A stretch of DNA of 64,000 nt from Trichinella spiralis (lineage: Eukaryota), in NCBI RefSeq assembly GCF_000181795.1, contig NW_003526943.1, forward strand, positions 3,563,150-3,627,149. Direction: 5' to 3'. A program made the position numbers and the translations under genes. Below the pieces are notes generated by a model. The model saw nothing but the letters and a program-made list of their open reading frames with translations, was not told the DNA's origin and did no database searches. Shown here piece by piece: positions 1-12,938 of this stretch (positions within the stretch are counted from its first letter, which is position 1; each line of letters starts with the position of its first letter).

Positions 1-983
1 CTTCTGAAATTGGCAAAACAATAAAAGATCTGCTGGAACTTATAGCGTGATTAGTAAATAGCATTTTTGTTCAAAGAGTATTAAATCGACAAGCGTGTAT
101 TTTAATTTAGTAAAACATTTTTTGCTTATAGGTAGTTTTATCTTAGAATGCACCGCGCAAGTGCGTTACGTCTTTTCTCTGAGTCGTTATGCCACAGTAG
201 TTGATAGCGGTCAATTTTGCTTTCCAGGAAAGCCGTTGTTCATGTACCTTCGCGTTTTGATGGTTCTTTTCAATTTCTTGAAAATTTTGTCTGTAGACTT
301 CACTGAATTTTATTTATCATATTTTCCCTTAAATAATTAATTATTTTCCATTTTGAATTCAATCATGCTTTCATTATTGCAGCAAGACTGATTTTGTACC
401 CATGGTCATGCATCCTTCATCTTTGAACCAAACAGTGCATCAAAGCAATCTCAACAAGCTCACAATTCGTGAAGATCGCACCATGTTATACCACATCCAC
501 TACTACTAATACATCTGCTGACTTTATCGTCTTTTGATTAGCCACGATGTGGGCAACCATTTACTTTACTAAATTTACTAAAGGAACTTACTATCAATCA
601 AGTGAATAATGTGGAGACTGTTTTTGCTTCAAAATCCGTTTAGGGGGTTTCCGCCCTAAACGCAAGTCAAAAATCAAGAAAAAGTCACGACAAAACCTAA
701 CATTTAACTCTCCCTGAGATTGCCGGCAGTGAGGAAAAAATATTAAGTCTTTGGATTCTGCTTTTTTGCCCGCACTGCACCAAATGTAAACCATATGCAT
801 ATGTTTATGTTAAAACTACAGAAAGGACTTAGAAGAACGTAGTCGTTTTAAAACCCAAAAAACCGACAATAGACCTGAGTTTGGTATCCAAATGTGCAGA
901 ATAACGTGCTGCACTTAAGTATATTATTTGTTCCACGAAATTTACAAAACTAAGCCCACACAAAGAAAAGAACTGAAAAATGA

Positions 984-1024
984 CGTACTATCCAATAAAA
1001 CATATCGTACTATCCAATAAAACA
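984..1024. repeat. 19-bp direct repeat (CGTACTATCCAATAAAACA x2, period 22)
   Basis: Identical copies at 984-1002 and 1006-1024, read directly from the sequence. Confidence 0.9.
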
Positions 1025-1655
1025 AATTTCATAAAAATTTAACATACTTCCAGCCCTTTACAAGTGTTTTTCTAAACTGGGATGAACCCCACCCCAACAA
1101 TCCAACAACATACCTAACACCCACAATCCATCAAATGGTTAAAGTAGAAACAAGATTAAAACACAAAATGAAAACAGTTGATAAAATATGAAAAACAATT
1201 TAGAATATTTGTTTAGCAAAATAATTTAAGAGAAAATAAATGAAATTACATCATTTTCAACAAGGTTGAAAAAGGATGGAAATGTAGGCCGCTGAAAGTA
1301 AGATAACTTGTCGAATTTCTTCTTTTTTTTAAACTTTTTTCAATGCCTCAAGCAAGAAAGTTCACAAAAATGAGCAAACTGACACTAGAAGGGGTAAATT
1401 TTCCATGCTGCTGCTGTTGATGACGAATTAGCGCTAATTAGCATCTACCGACCACCAGCAATGCGTAAATGCTGAAGCAATTCATCTTCCGACGTAAAGT
1501 CATCTTAATTTCTACCAGACACTCCTGGGTGAACAACTATACGCTCCAAAGCATTCAATTATTTCTGTCCCATTCATCAGTCGCATCATCTCCATTCATA
1601 AGTTGTTTCCTGAACTGCTGCTGGCCAGCACAAAAATAGCCAGTTCTACTACCTG

Positions 1656-2719
1656 ATGGCGAATACTTCGCCAATTATATTGAAATTAGTCTTTTGCTTT
1701 TCCATTTCTGGTAAAACCATTGAACCGATGTTAAAACTTTTATAATTTAAATTCTGTTTTATCCTTTCTTCAGCAATTCTATTCAGAAATTCCAACTCTG
1801 AACAATCAAACCCATTGGTTAATTCAGAAACAGATTCTCGTCATATCCCCTCCGCAACTGATTATGATTTTGTTGACGACACTACACCACCAAAACAACA
1901 AAATCAATTATTCACTCAAGATTCTCATCCTCCAGTAAGTGAAAACCAGCAAACCCATGAACAATTAACCAACAATGTGAACATCGCTGAGCAACAAATT
2001 CCCAGTACAATTGCTTTTGAAGAATCGGTCGTTTTAAAATGTAAAGATGATGATGATGATGCTGATGAACAACCGACCGTTTCTCATGCTACAACTGCAG
2101 ACCAAGAACAACCTGCAGAAGATGATGGACAACTTGAAACCATCTCACCAACTACCCTAGCCCCTCCCCATTCGGTGGAAACGACCGTTGAAGTTCATCA
2201 AGGAATACCAATACCATCAACAGCAAACGACATCCCATATCTACCACCTTCAAAATATGGTAAACAATTTACCAAAGTTATTTATTACTGTCCAAGAAAA
2301 TATTTTTTAAGGATACACATCTTATCCAAGACCAAGACCCGAAATTGAATATCAACCAGCACCTCAAATACATAACACGTATGTTCCGCGTCCAATACTA
2401 CCGCCTGATCAAGTGAGAAACAATTATCAGCTACCTTCGGCACTTAGACCGCAGTTGAATTTTCCAACAAATTCCGTCTCTCAGCTGTTTTCTATCACCC
2501 AGGATTGTTACCGTGAGTAGAGAAAAAAAACAAATCAAAAACAGCAACAAATATTATTAATATAATTTCGTGTTTGTTAACATTTCAGCAAACTGCGGTT
2601 CACAACAATTATTCCTTATTCCACCACCTCCATCAATTCCACCACAACCAATACCATGTGGTGGAACACTCGATAACTGCAAACAAAGACGCTTTAAACG
2701 GTTCATATTTCACGTTTGA
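1656..2719 (+). CDS. Orphan putative secreted protein (~290 aa): signal peptide, acidic/Thr-rich region, Pro-rich C-terminal region with 4 Cys
   Basis: Four exons (1656-1710, 1774-2259, 2312-2512, 2589-2719) are joined by GT-AG introns in consistent phase and total 873 nt. The N-terminus MANTSPIILKLVFCFSISAILFRNSNS looks like a signal peptide. Exon 2 matches most of ORF 1815-2348. The C-terminus is ...PIPCGGTLDNCKQRRFKRFIFHV*. No family recognised. Confidence 0.75.
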
Positions 2720-2898
2720 AAACAAAAAAGAAAAATAGTAGTATCAATATGTTCATTATTATAACCGATGTCCGATTTATGAATGAACAGATTTAAAAAC
2801 TGCGATAAAAATAGCATATCACATGTGATATACAAAATTAAAAAACATTTTCCATAGAGTACATGCTTTATTAACCGAAACACAGGTCTGTTAATACT

Positions 2899-3431
<533 letters not shown>

Positions 3432-4425
3432 TCTAAACAAAATCGATGTAAAAAAATACAAAATATTCAACCATATTTTCAGTTAACTTAAAATGATATT
3501 CTGATATACATCTTTTATCGCACTAACAATCAGTTGTAAAATAATAAACTATTTTTTATACTGATTCGAAAATATCAGTGAATATTCGATGAACAATAAA
3601 CCATTACGACAGATAATCAACAGAATATTCAATAACAACAATGATGGATTCGAACGGTGATACGCAAAACTAGTAGCCAAACTTAATATAAAAAATTACA
3701 CAAATAACTATAGTTACATATATAAATATACAACAAATAAACTGTGCCAGAGCTTGAATTAAGATTGTTTGATAAATTGGAGTAACATTGTTTTCAACAA
3801 TTACATCGTAGCAAATGACAACTGCTTTACCGTAAGAACAAATTCTCTTACAGTAAATCAAGTTTAAATGCCAACATGTGCAGAAGGAGTGGCATACGGT
3901 TGCATAATCCATAATGGACTTTATTTAATAAGTATTATTGACTTACTGATTTTTTTGTTGACTTTTATACTTATTATTTTTTATATACTTAACGCAATGT
4001 TTTTATACAATGAATAATTCAGCAAGAATAGCAGGAGTAGAGCATTTTGAAGATTAAATAAAATAAGTAAGAATTTTAAAATGTTAGCGAAATTCTAGCG
4101 CTAACGGCTAGCTGACTCAGAATTTTCAACGCAGAGACAATGGACTCTAATGTGATGAGTTAATTCATACAAAGACTGTACTAATTTTAGAAATATTTAT
4201 TAAATATAGTAGAAATTAATATTAATTACATTTCAGTAAATAATCATTCATTTCAGGTTTCTTATTGATGCGGTGGAAGTTTGTGCACTAAGATTTTGAG
4301 AAAAATATTCAGTGAAATATATTGTAATTTAATCTTGATTATGCATCACACTATTTGAAAGGTAACACTAACCTATCCGTTTAACATTTATTTGTAACTT
4401 TTTGAGATATTTCCAGATTTTCTTA

Positions 4426-4554
4426 TGTTGTATACCAATATCTTACTGTACTACCATAATATTACTTGCATGTCATTATTACAGTATCCGTGACTTGTAA
4501 CTTATTATGGAGTAATGAACATTACGTGTGCGGAGTTGGTGGCCTCGAAACACA
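4426..4554 (+). repeat. 5' LTR of the gypsy element
   Basis: TG...CA ends. Aligns with 6892-7046 with about 13 substitutions over about 118 nt (hand count) and lacks a ~25-nt segment present in the 3' LTR. Confidence 0.88.
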
Positions 4555-6891
4555 TCAGTGGCGTCTAGATTGGTTGGCATTCACAAGTTGAGAACTATAT
4601 ACAGACCGTTGCAACAGCTTGGCTGAGAGATGCATCGTCCGAAGAACCAGTTCACCGTACGTAATAACCTCGTGAACACAGCGTCTGTCATGTAAACGAT
4701 AATCCAATTCGAACAGTTTGGCATTTCAAATCCGGCATGTTGGGATGGAATATTATTTCGCTTAATATTCTTCCTGAAAGCGAACGCCATCCGTGTAAGC
4801 TGCAGAAGACTGGCTGTACTTTGCCGTTTATGGGACAGAAAAGCGTATAGTATTATAAAATCATTGACATCGCCAGACCCCCCTTCTTCGAAAACATTCG
4901 ATGGAGTTATAAAGTTATTGAGAAATTATTTCTCGCCCTGACATTCGGAAGTTTACCAACGTATTCTGTATCGCCGACGGCTACAGTAGCCGGGTGAAAG
5001 AGTGGCGGCTTATGTAAGAGAACTTCGCCATCTGGCACAGCACTGCAACTTTGGTGAAACATTAGAGTCTCGACTGAGAGCCCAACTCATATGCGACTAG
5101 GGAGACGGAACCGTTTCACTCATTACTGAGAGACTTCCAAGTGCGCGTCGTCGAGGTATTAGGTGCGACTTTCCATCCAGTCAAATTCAGTTTACTCACT
5201 GGGTCACTGCCAGTTATGGTTTGTTAAGGCACTGCGCCGTAGTCTGCTTGGAGAAATTCGTTCAAGCCATTGGGCAACCGACTAGTTGGAGTACATAGCG
5301 TTGCGCCGACTTCGGTGCAAGACGTGATCGAAGAGTATGCTGAATTATTCTCTGACACCCTGGGCACTGTCAAAGGACCACTAGTGGTACTCCATACCGA
5401 TGGATCCATACCACCAATCTAGATGAACGCCAGGTGAGTGCCATTTTTACTCAAAGATCGCTTATGAGAGGAGCTGGACCCATTTATTAAGGCATGGAGT
5501 TTTGGAGATTGGCCAACATGGGGCATGGACTACGACAATTGTACCGGTCATTAAGAGCGTTGGAAGCTTCCGAATTTGCAATGATTATAAGTGCACAGTG
5601 AGTAAAGCGTTACGGAAGGACCTAAACCAAATACGAGCTGTCAACGATATCCTGGCAACACTAAAAAAAGGGAAGAATATTCGAGAAATTAGATCTAACG
5701 CAAGCGTACCAGCAGCCAGAAGTCGACAAAGCATTGGCTCGAGTTATAGACGATAATAATACGTAAAGGAGCTGTCAAAGCGAAACGAATCCAATTCAGC
5801 AATGCGTCAGCATCTGGTATTTTCCAGCGTTTCATGGACTCGTGGTTGGCTAACTTGGATGATGTTGTTCCAGGCTTCGACGATGTATTAATTGTTTCAG
5901 ATTCTCAACATGAACTGTTAGAAGTTTTAAGACGAGTGTTCGATCGTCTGCACGACGCGGGAATCCACCTGAACCGTGAAAAATGCGTCTTTGTTAGCCA
6001 CAGTGTAAAGTTCCATGGATATCGAATGGACGCTGAAGGAATCCATCCGTCAGAAGAGAAGGTGGAAGCCATCTACAAGGCCCCACTGATCTGGACAATT
6101 CCAGAATCAATATATTACAGTAGAGATGTACTTTTGCATAAAGGTGCGTTGGTGTTGACGTGTTAGCGACTTTAGTATTGCCGTTTGTGTACCTCCTTCG
6201 CGTGTGTGTTATCATTTTGTTTAGTTATTCCTAACTGAAGAAAAACGTTGCCGCGTTAAATTAAAAGACTGGCTTGTTGATAAAAAGCGTAATCATTACA
6301 GAGGAGCAACTGGGAACTTGGGTTTGCTAAATTGTTATCATAATTTTCTAGCAAACAAATCTCATCCATCAGAAGCATTACACCGCCTGCTAGACAAAGG
6401 TATGCTGTGTAAATGGACCCAAAGGCAGGAAAAAGCGTTATTACTTCTAACACCGTATACGCGCGGTACGATGATCAACTGCCAGTGATTCTTACGTGCG
6501 ATCACCCACCTCATGGGGTTGTTTGTGTTCTGGCCCATGAACTGGTATGCGGTAGAGAAGCGACTATAGCGTTCCTTTCACGAACACTTGCTGCGTCGGA
6601 GCGCAAATACGCCCAGATTGAACGCGAAGTACGGCATCGTTGTTGTCATTGATGCAAAGGAAAAGAATCCCACCGCCCTGCTGGGTTGCGTATCACCGAA
6701 ATGCTGCGAAGCAATCAAGCAGGCATCAGCGCACCTTTATGGAACTTATGAAAAATGACACTGCAATATCGGTTGACTGTTCTACATCGTTCGCACGGAG
6801 ATTGGCCTGATATTGATATGGAAACAATACATTGATGAAATTCGACTGCTAGTGATAAACTGAAGAATATCTTTACCTAAAATGCGAGTAG

Positions 6892-7046
6892 TGTTGTATA
6901 CCAATATTTTACTGTACCACCACAATATTACTTGCATGTCATCATTACAGTATCTGTGACTTGTGACTTATTATTGAGTAATAAATATTGCGTATCGCGG
7001 TGTTGGTGCCTTGTGGATTGTTAATTATTGCACGGCTGAAAACACG
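6892..7046 (+). repeat. 3' LTR of the gypsy element
   Basis: Direct repeat of 4426-4554. Contains AATAAA and ends AAACACG. The target-site duplication is imperfect at best (CTTA / ATTA). Confidence 0.88.
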
Positions 7047-7449
7047 ATTATTTATTTGAATCAGTGTTTCTTATACCTTTTCAGGCTATCGCCCCATTGA
7101 TAGGCATATATTTTTTAAACTCCCCCACCCTAAATTATTGCCAAAAAATGAATTTTTAAACAGAGTATTTATTAACATCGTGTCTTCTTTCAAAAATAAT
7201 CATATAGTGAAGAAGTAATTAATGTGATGAATGGGCTTGGTGCGTTGCGATTAATCTCTCTACACTGGGTTCAATATTGGTAAGAAAAAGTCGTAAGTAC
7301 TATGAGCGCAGAAGATGAGGAAGAGAGATTGCACTGAGTCATATTACATTGAAAATTAATATATATTCTTAAAACTACTGCTGAACAAATATCAATATAA
7401 ACATAAAACATATTGTGTTCACGCGCCCCTTTCCAATGTGCTGCATTAT

Positions 7450-9356
7450 TTTCCAACCCCCTCCTCTTAAGTGCCCCTTTACTCGAAAGGGCGATATCGC
7501 CCACTTTGTGTATCACTGATTTAAATGATCCACCCGAATACAGTCTCTACTGTTACAGGATCATTCGGTGCACCCCTTCAGATCGCATTCACTATAAAGC
7601 GGCAGTAATTGTCAATGCCGTTCATGACGGGTATTTCCTTTTTGTCGGTACCTACATCCGCAACTAACTCCACAAAGCGCGTGTGTTCCTAATTTACTAC
7701 AGATACACGTGCGATATGAAGGTCATTACAAGGTTTCGGCATAATCAGAGGTTCAAGCAAATAACACTCAGTTTTCTTTTCCCTGTCAGTATGGCAGAGC
7801 TAGAACTTCACTAACTGCAAACTAGTGTACTCGCAGAGAACTCTGCCGATCCCCACCACTGACACTGGATGTGTCTTCCCGACCAAACCTAGTGCTTTTG
7901 CGACATCCTGCTTGATGAAGAGTGCTTCGATGCTGAGTCCAGCAGGCAATTCACTGTTCTCCGAAGTCCAGGGTCCCATAAGATCTAGCCATAATCGTCT
8001 GCAATCAGGTCGCCTGATGTCTTCCCTTCCGACTGACGAGACGTCTTCTGTTCTGCCTCAGAGATCACAAATCCATAGATATGACAGCTGGATTCACCTG
8101 ACCGATGGATGATCCCTGATTTCTGTGTCCGCGCTTACACTCTGCCGAACGCTGCCCGTGCTCAAAACAATCGAAACACAGGCAGTCTCGTCTCGCCATT
8201 CCGTATCTCGTCCCAGGGTTTGCCTTCCCGCAGACTCGGTCACTGTGAGATTGTTTCTTCTGGCAGAAAGGAAGCTGTTCTCAACAGTAATAGAAGGCAG
8301 TTGCTCCTCGGGCTTTGATTTTCTTTCGTTCATCCATCGACAGGGTTGATCTGTTTCCTTTCGGGACAGACTCCCTTGATCCCTCTGCAGCTTCGGACGA
8401 CAGAACCTGTTCTTGGAGGAATCACAAGAATACTGGTGGATCCGCTACCAAGCCACTGTTCGCCAGCACATTTCGTCCCACCGGACTCGCATTGAGTCCG
8501 TTCCTGGCTGAGAGTGATCAGAATCTCAGCCGCTGAAAGATTTTCCACTCGAGGACGGTCGACAATGCGTATACTTCTTTGCACAATATGTCACAGACGA
8601 CTAAGCGTTTATTGTTACTGCTCACGCTCTGAATCATCATCAAGGCGTGCTTCTGAACTGCCACCAGCGACTGGTCAACACGCCCTTTCAGCTGCTGGAA
8701 AGCCAACTCGTGGTCTTCATCCACTGCGGACGGACCTTGGATGGCATCGAATGCAGCGCCCGAGAGATATCCTCGCCAATAAGCCAATTTTGTCAACGTC
8801 CTTTCCACTCAGCCCACAGCTGCCTCTCCCTCGACGTATCTTCCTGCTCCAGTTCTTCTTCAAGATCGAGTTGAAGAGCGCTCACTTATTGAAATTAAGG
8901 TAAGCTGGTTATACATCTGTGAACATTTTTCCTTCGAGAGTCACTGCAAACTCTCCATCACAATTTCAGATTCAGCGCGACGAACATCAACCTTCTTCTT
9001 CAGTTCTGAGACTCATTCTCAACACAACTTGTCCTTATTTGACAAATTCTGAGGTAACCGAAAACGATCCGGCTCGAAATGGCAGAAATGTTGCGCCAAA
9101 ATTCAACCACCTGATTTTCAGTGAACTGTAGATATAAGCGGGAGGTCAAAACAATCATGTTCGCCTAACTACTGGTTGTTTGCGTTCACCTTGAACGTGA
9201 TAGAACAGAAAATAATTTGGTATTCACGCTATTTATTGAGTGAAAGGAACAAACAAGGGGTGGAAAGATACAAACAACGTCGTAAACACAAGAAATTAAC
9301 TGTCTGCTCACCGGAAAGGATCCACCACCATCGCTCACGTGTCCCCTTTCTCTACA
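7450..9356 (-). mobile_element. Decayed BEL/Pao LTR retrotransposon (5' LTR, gag and protease relics; RT and integrase missing)
   Basis: Minus-strand relics: DUF1759-type gag (LTKLAYWRGYLSGAAFDAIQG...LAFQQLKGR), degenerate Zn-knuckle CFDCFEHGQRSAEC, aspartic protease VNCLLDSASKHS / FIKQDVAKALGL, and the BEL protease tail GIDNYCRFI...DPVTVETVFGWII (~7525-7620). PBS-like TTCGAGCCGGATCG at ~9065-9078. Purine tract AAGAGGAGGGGG at ~7456-7468. The left boundary is approximate. Confidence 0.85.
9089..9356 (-). repeat. Probable 5' LTR of the BEL/Pao element
   Basis: Reads TGTAGAG...GCAACA on the minus strand with an internal AATAAA, and is followed within a few nt by the BEL-type PBS. No full second copy is present in the window. 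Confidence 0.6.
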
Positions 9357-10099
9357 CACCAAGTACAATCGAACTTGGTTAAGTGCACATGGAATCTGCC
9401 AAAAATTTCCAAGCTGTGTACTTATCCAAAGTTGAAAATTATGCAGAGTTATTAAAAGCTGCAGTAACTTGACATTTACAAGGTTTACTACGAAAAAATG
9501 CCCATTTATTTCAAGCAAAATAGTCGCAAATGCAAGTTTGAATTATATTTTTTGGCACCAGCTTTACTAGCTGATCTTCAATTCAATACGGGCTTGTCTG
9601 ATTTATGCTGCTCCATAAAAATATGACCGAACTGCCACAAGAACCCTGCAGCAATCATTCCAACCTGCCACCGTAACTCACCGTATTCCAATTCTCAAGT
9701 TCTGAGAAGAAGGATACGCTTTTCTTTCGAAAACTTTCCAACAAAAATGTTAAACGTTCTTCTTTTGAGTGGTTTGAATATACTTTTAAAGCATATAGAA
9801 TTATTTTAAACATTTAGAAGCTGTATAATAAAACAAGTTTATTTTGAGACGTGGGAATGGTCTTTATAAAGAATATAAAACGATATATGATGTACAGAAA
9901 GCAGTAAAATTTGTCTTTATTTAAACTATGATAATTTTTATTTTTAAATTTTGGCTGTAGAAGTGATATCAGAAGATACAGATGTCTACTGATTGTTTTA
10001 TAAGCTCTTTTTCTATGTACTTTGTAAGAAGAAATATTTGCAAAACCCAATTTTTCATTACTATAAATATGTATAGTAATGGTAGAGTTGAAAAGGAAT

Positions 10100-11130
10100 A
10101 GCAACCTGCACGACTTGTTCGAAGGTAAATATCAATACCAACCTTTGGGGTTGTGTTGAATTTTTGTCTTGGATTCCTTTCGGGGTTTCCTTTATTTTTC
10201 TTCCCAAAAATTATAAATCTGTAGAATAAGACTAACAGACTTTTTCTTTTCGTCAAATGTACAATGAATGTAAATTGATTTAGTGTTATAAGCTGAAAAA
10301 CATTTGAAAGGGTTTTGCAGGGTTAAAGCGAGATGATGAGATTAGAGTTGTGCTAGTTTGAAATTATTGAAAAACGCTGGGATAGATTGTAGTTTAAGTA
10401 AAAAAAATTTTCGCCTGAAATTATAATTTTCGCAGTAACATCGTTTACCCTAGGTTATTATATTTAAAAAATGAGTGGAATTTTGATTATCAGTTGTGGG
10501 ATGGTATTAAATGTTGTAGTTATTTATTAAACGTTAATTAATATTTGAGGGCCATAAACACGACCAACTCTGACTATTTGACTAAAACAACTCTGAATAA
10601 ATGATTTTAAATATCTGCATTGAATTATGCTAAGCGTGACAAACACTGTAAATGTTTTTTTTCAGAATTTCATTGAACCCGTTAAATTCATTCTTCAAAA
10701 CCCAACTTTTTGTTTAGCTTAATACATGTGGTAACTAGCATGTCAAGAAATTTATACAACCTTTGCGCATCGTTTAAAGGTAAATATTCTTTACAACCTT
10801 TTGGTTGTAGTGAATTTTTGTCTTGGAAATCTTTCGGGATTTCCGTTATTCTTCAAGAAAAAATAACCATAAGTCTAAAATAAAAATCCTGGTTGAAGAA
10901 AACGTTTAATGATTTTTCTGGGTTTCAATAACTTTATTTCAATGTTTTTCATTTGATTACGTTAGTTGACTCACAAATTTTTAATGTTGAAGTTACCTAT
11001 TTTAAACGTTAATGTAACGCCTAAAGGCAATAATTACTTAGCAGTTATGAATTAATTTTAAACAACTACTTTAGATTATGCAACGATCACTGTAAATGTT
11101 TTTGATCTGAATTTCATTCCCAATTCCATT
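10100..11130 (-). repeat. Diverged tandem duplication, possibly remnants of two small paralogous genes
   Basis: 10122-10230 aligns with 10777-10885 (shared TGAATTTTTGTCTTGGA...CTTTCGGG.TTTCC), and ~10625-10675 aligns with ~11075-11118 (CACTGTAAATGTTTTT...GAATTTCATT). Both blocks end at TAG/CAG acceptor-like sites on the minus strand. Confidence 0.6.
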
Positions 11131-12938
11131 TTGCTGTTTCACTAATGTTTATATAATTTTTATACAGCAGAAACAATGCTTTCACAGTTTTGCTAAATTT
11201 GTTTTCTTTAGTACTTCATACAACGTTTTGTTCTATATTAAATTTGATATGAAATTCGTAATAATTTCCTGATCTGCTTCTTCTTAAGAAGTATTGTATA
11301 GCAAATGGTATTCAATGAAAATGCGCAGTACTTCAATTGTAGATTTTTTAATGCACTAAGTCGGCGTTTTTGATTTTCGATTGTGCCTTTCAATTTTTTC
11401 TTTTACCTTAATTGATGAATTTGTAATTTATGAATTAGTGCAAATTTTAAGCTTGATTGTAATTATACTGTATATTGTTTCTAACTGCGTATGTAAATTT
11501 GTTCATTTTTGTGTATGAAACGTTTTTATAATTCATATATTTGTACCCTTTGATATCAGAATAACATTATACTTGTTGTAAGTTGTTGCAAACGTTTCAC
11601 TGTTTCTTTTTGTTTAACAATAATATTTTTAATTTTTTGGCGAAATTTGTGATTTTTTCTAAATGCATTTAAATGATTGTTATGAACATTTAATATCTCT
11701 CTGTGCTTCAAAAAATTTGGATAAAATCCTGGAAATAGGTTCGTGACATTGTATCTTATGCGATTTGGTTGTTTTTGATTTTACATTTGAAACTTATTTC
11801 TTTCTATGGTATAGGTCGAGATATAACATTATGTTTGCGATGAAGTAATGCGAATTGAAAGTTCAGTATCTATGAATATTCAGAATACAGAATCATATCT
11901 AATTTTTAAACAAGTTTTAATACTTGTGTAAGCATGATAAATGAAGTTTATTTTTAATATTAAACAAATGTTGGTTGTAATAATTTTGTATACTTTAATA
12001 ATTTATTTTCTGGAAATTGAAAATTGTTATGCATAGTATTTTTTCTTCATTTTACGAATATTGATATAATATGTGGTAAATTTTGGTTTGTTTCAAAATA
12101 CGAGCAAGTCAACCTATTTCATGAAGTAAACAAATGTTGCGTTGCATATTCTGTATTATGCGAATGGTCAAGTTTTTGAAAATATATTTTGTTTTGCGAG
12201 CTAAAAAGTGAAATTTCCAAAATACGGTTATTTAGTGTTGAATATTCTTTATGTTATTCTGGTCTGCGCCTAGCAATTTCATTTTTAATGATGCTTGATT
12301 TCTTGAAATACCTTCGCAGAATGATTGTTGATGTAAATTGATTTTGTAATTGCGATAAAATTGCGTTTAAAGTATATTCGTTTTCTATATTTTTTGATTT
12401 AAACTATTTTTGATTACTTTATAAGCTTATAATTCTTCACATTTTGCGAAAATTATTTTATGAGACATTTCATTTCAGTCTTTAGAATCCAGCCACTGCA
12501 TTGGCATTTTGCTTCATTCATTTGATCTTATTAATCTCAGTTGACTAATCTTGGAAGAACTTTGTTCTAGACAGTCTTTTTTATACTTTGTGAAATGTAG
12601 GTGTTATGTTTTTTGGTTTGGAATAGCTGTGATCGATTGATACGTTATGCAATTTTTTTAAAGTTAATGAAAAACTTACTGTTTGATTTTTACGCTTTAT
12701 TGCAACTAAATACATGTAAAGGGGATGATTTGAAAAAAGCGCATGCATTCAGCAGTGATACTTTTTCGAGAGAAAATAGAATGATCGCTACAATTATAAA
12801 ATATATATACATATATATATGAGTATATTGAATGTGAAATTAATTTTTTGAAGATTATATTGCATTTTCATAGACATAAAAGGACTTTAATCTTCAACTG
12901 CGCATATTGAATGTCATGTCATGACTTTGTAGGAATTG

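Larger units (their letters stand above)
4426..7046 (+). mobile_element. Decayed, internally deleted Ty3/gypsy (Mag-like) LTR retrotransposon
   Basis: Paired LTRs both start TGTTGTATACC, and a PBS-like TGGCG follows the 5' LTR. Gag relic ~4760-5100 (ERVAAYVRELRHLAQHCNFGETLESRLR). RT relics: WTTTIVPVIKSVGSFRICNDYK and FDDVLIVS...LNREKCVF. Connection LGLLNCYHNFL. RNase H relic LPVILTCD...IAFLSRTLAASERKYAQIERE. Many stops and frameshifts; no integrase seen. Confidence 0.92.

Noticed and set aside
637..662. 9-bp perfect hairpin CGTTTAGGG/CCCTAAACG as a terminator or Helitron end
   Set aside because: The context is eukaryotic, there is no U-tract or CTRR terminus after it, and nothing else supports it.
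3640..3685. B-box-like GTTCGAATCC on the minus strand suggesting a tRNA
   Set aside because: The flanks do not form a T-arm or cloverleaf, and the A-box match is poor.
7825..8903. Cluster of overlapping plus-strand ORFs
   Set aside because: They are antisense shadows of the GC-richer BEL/Pao gag-protease relic.
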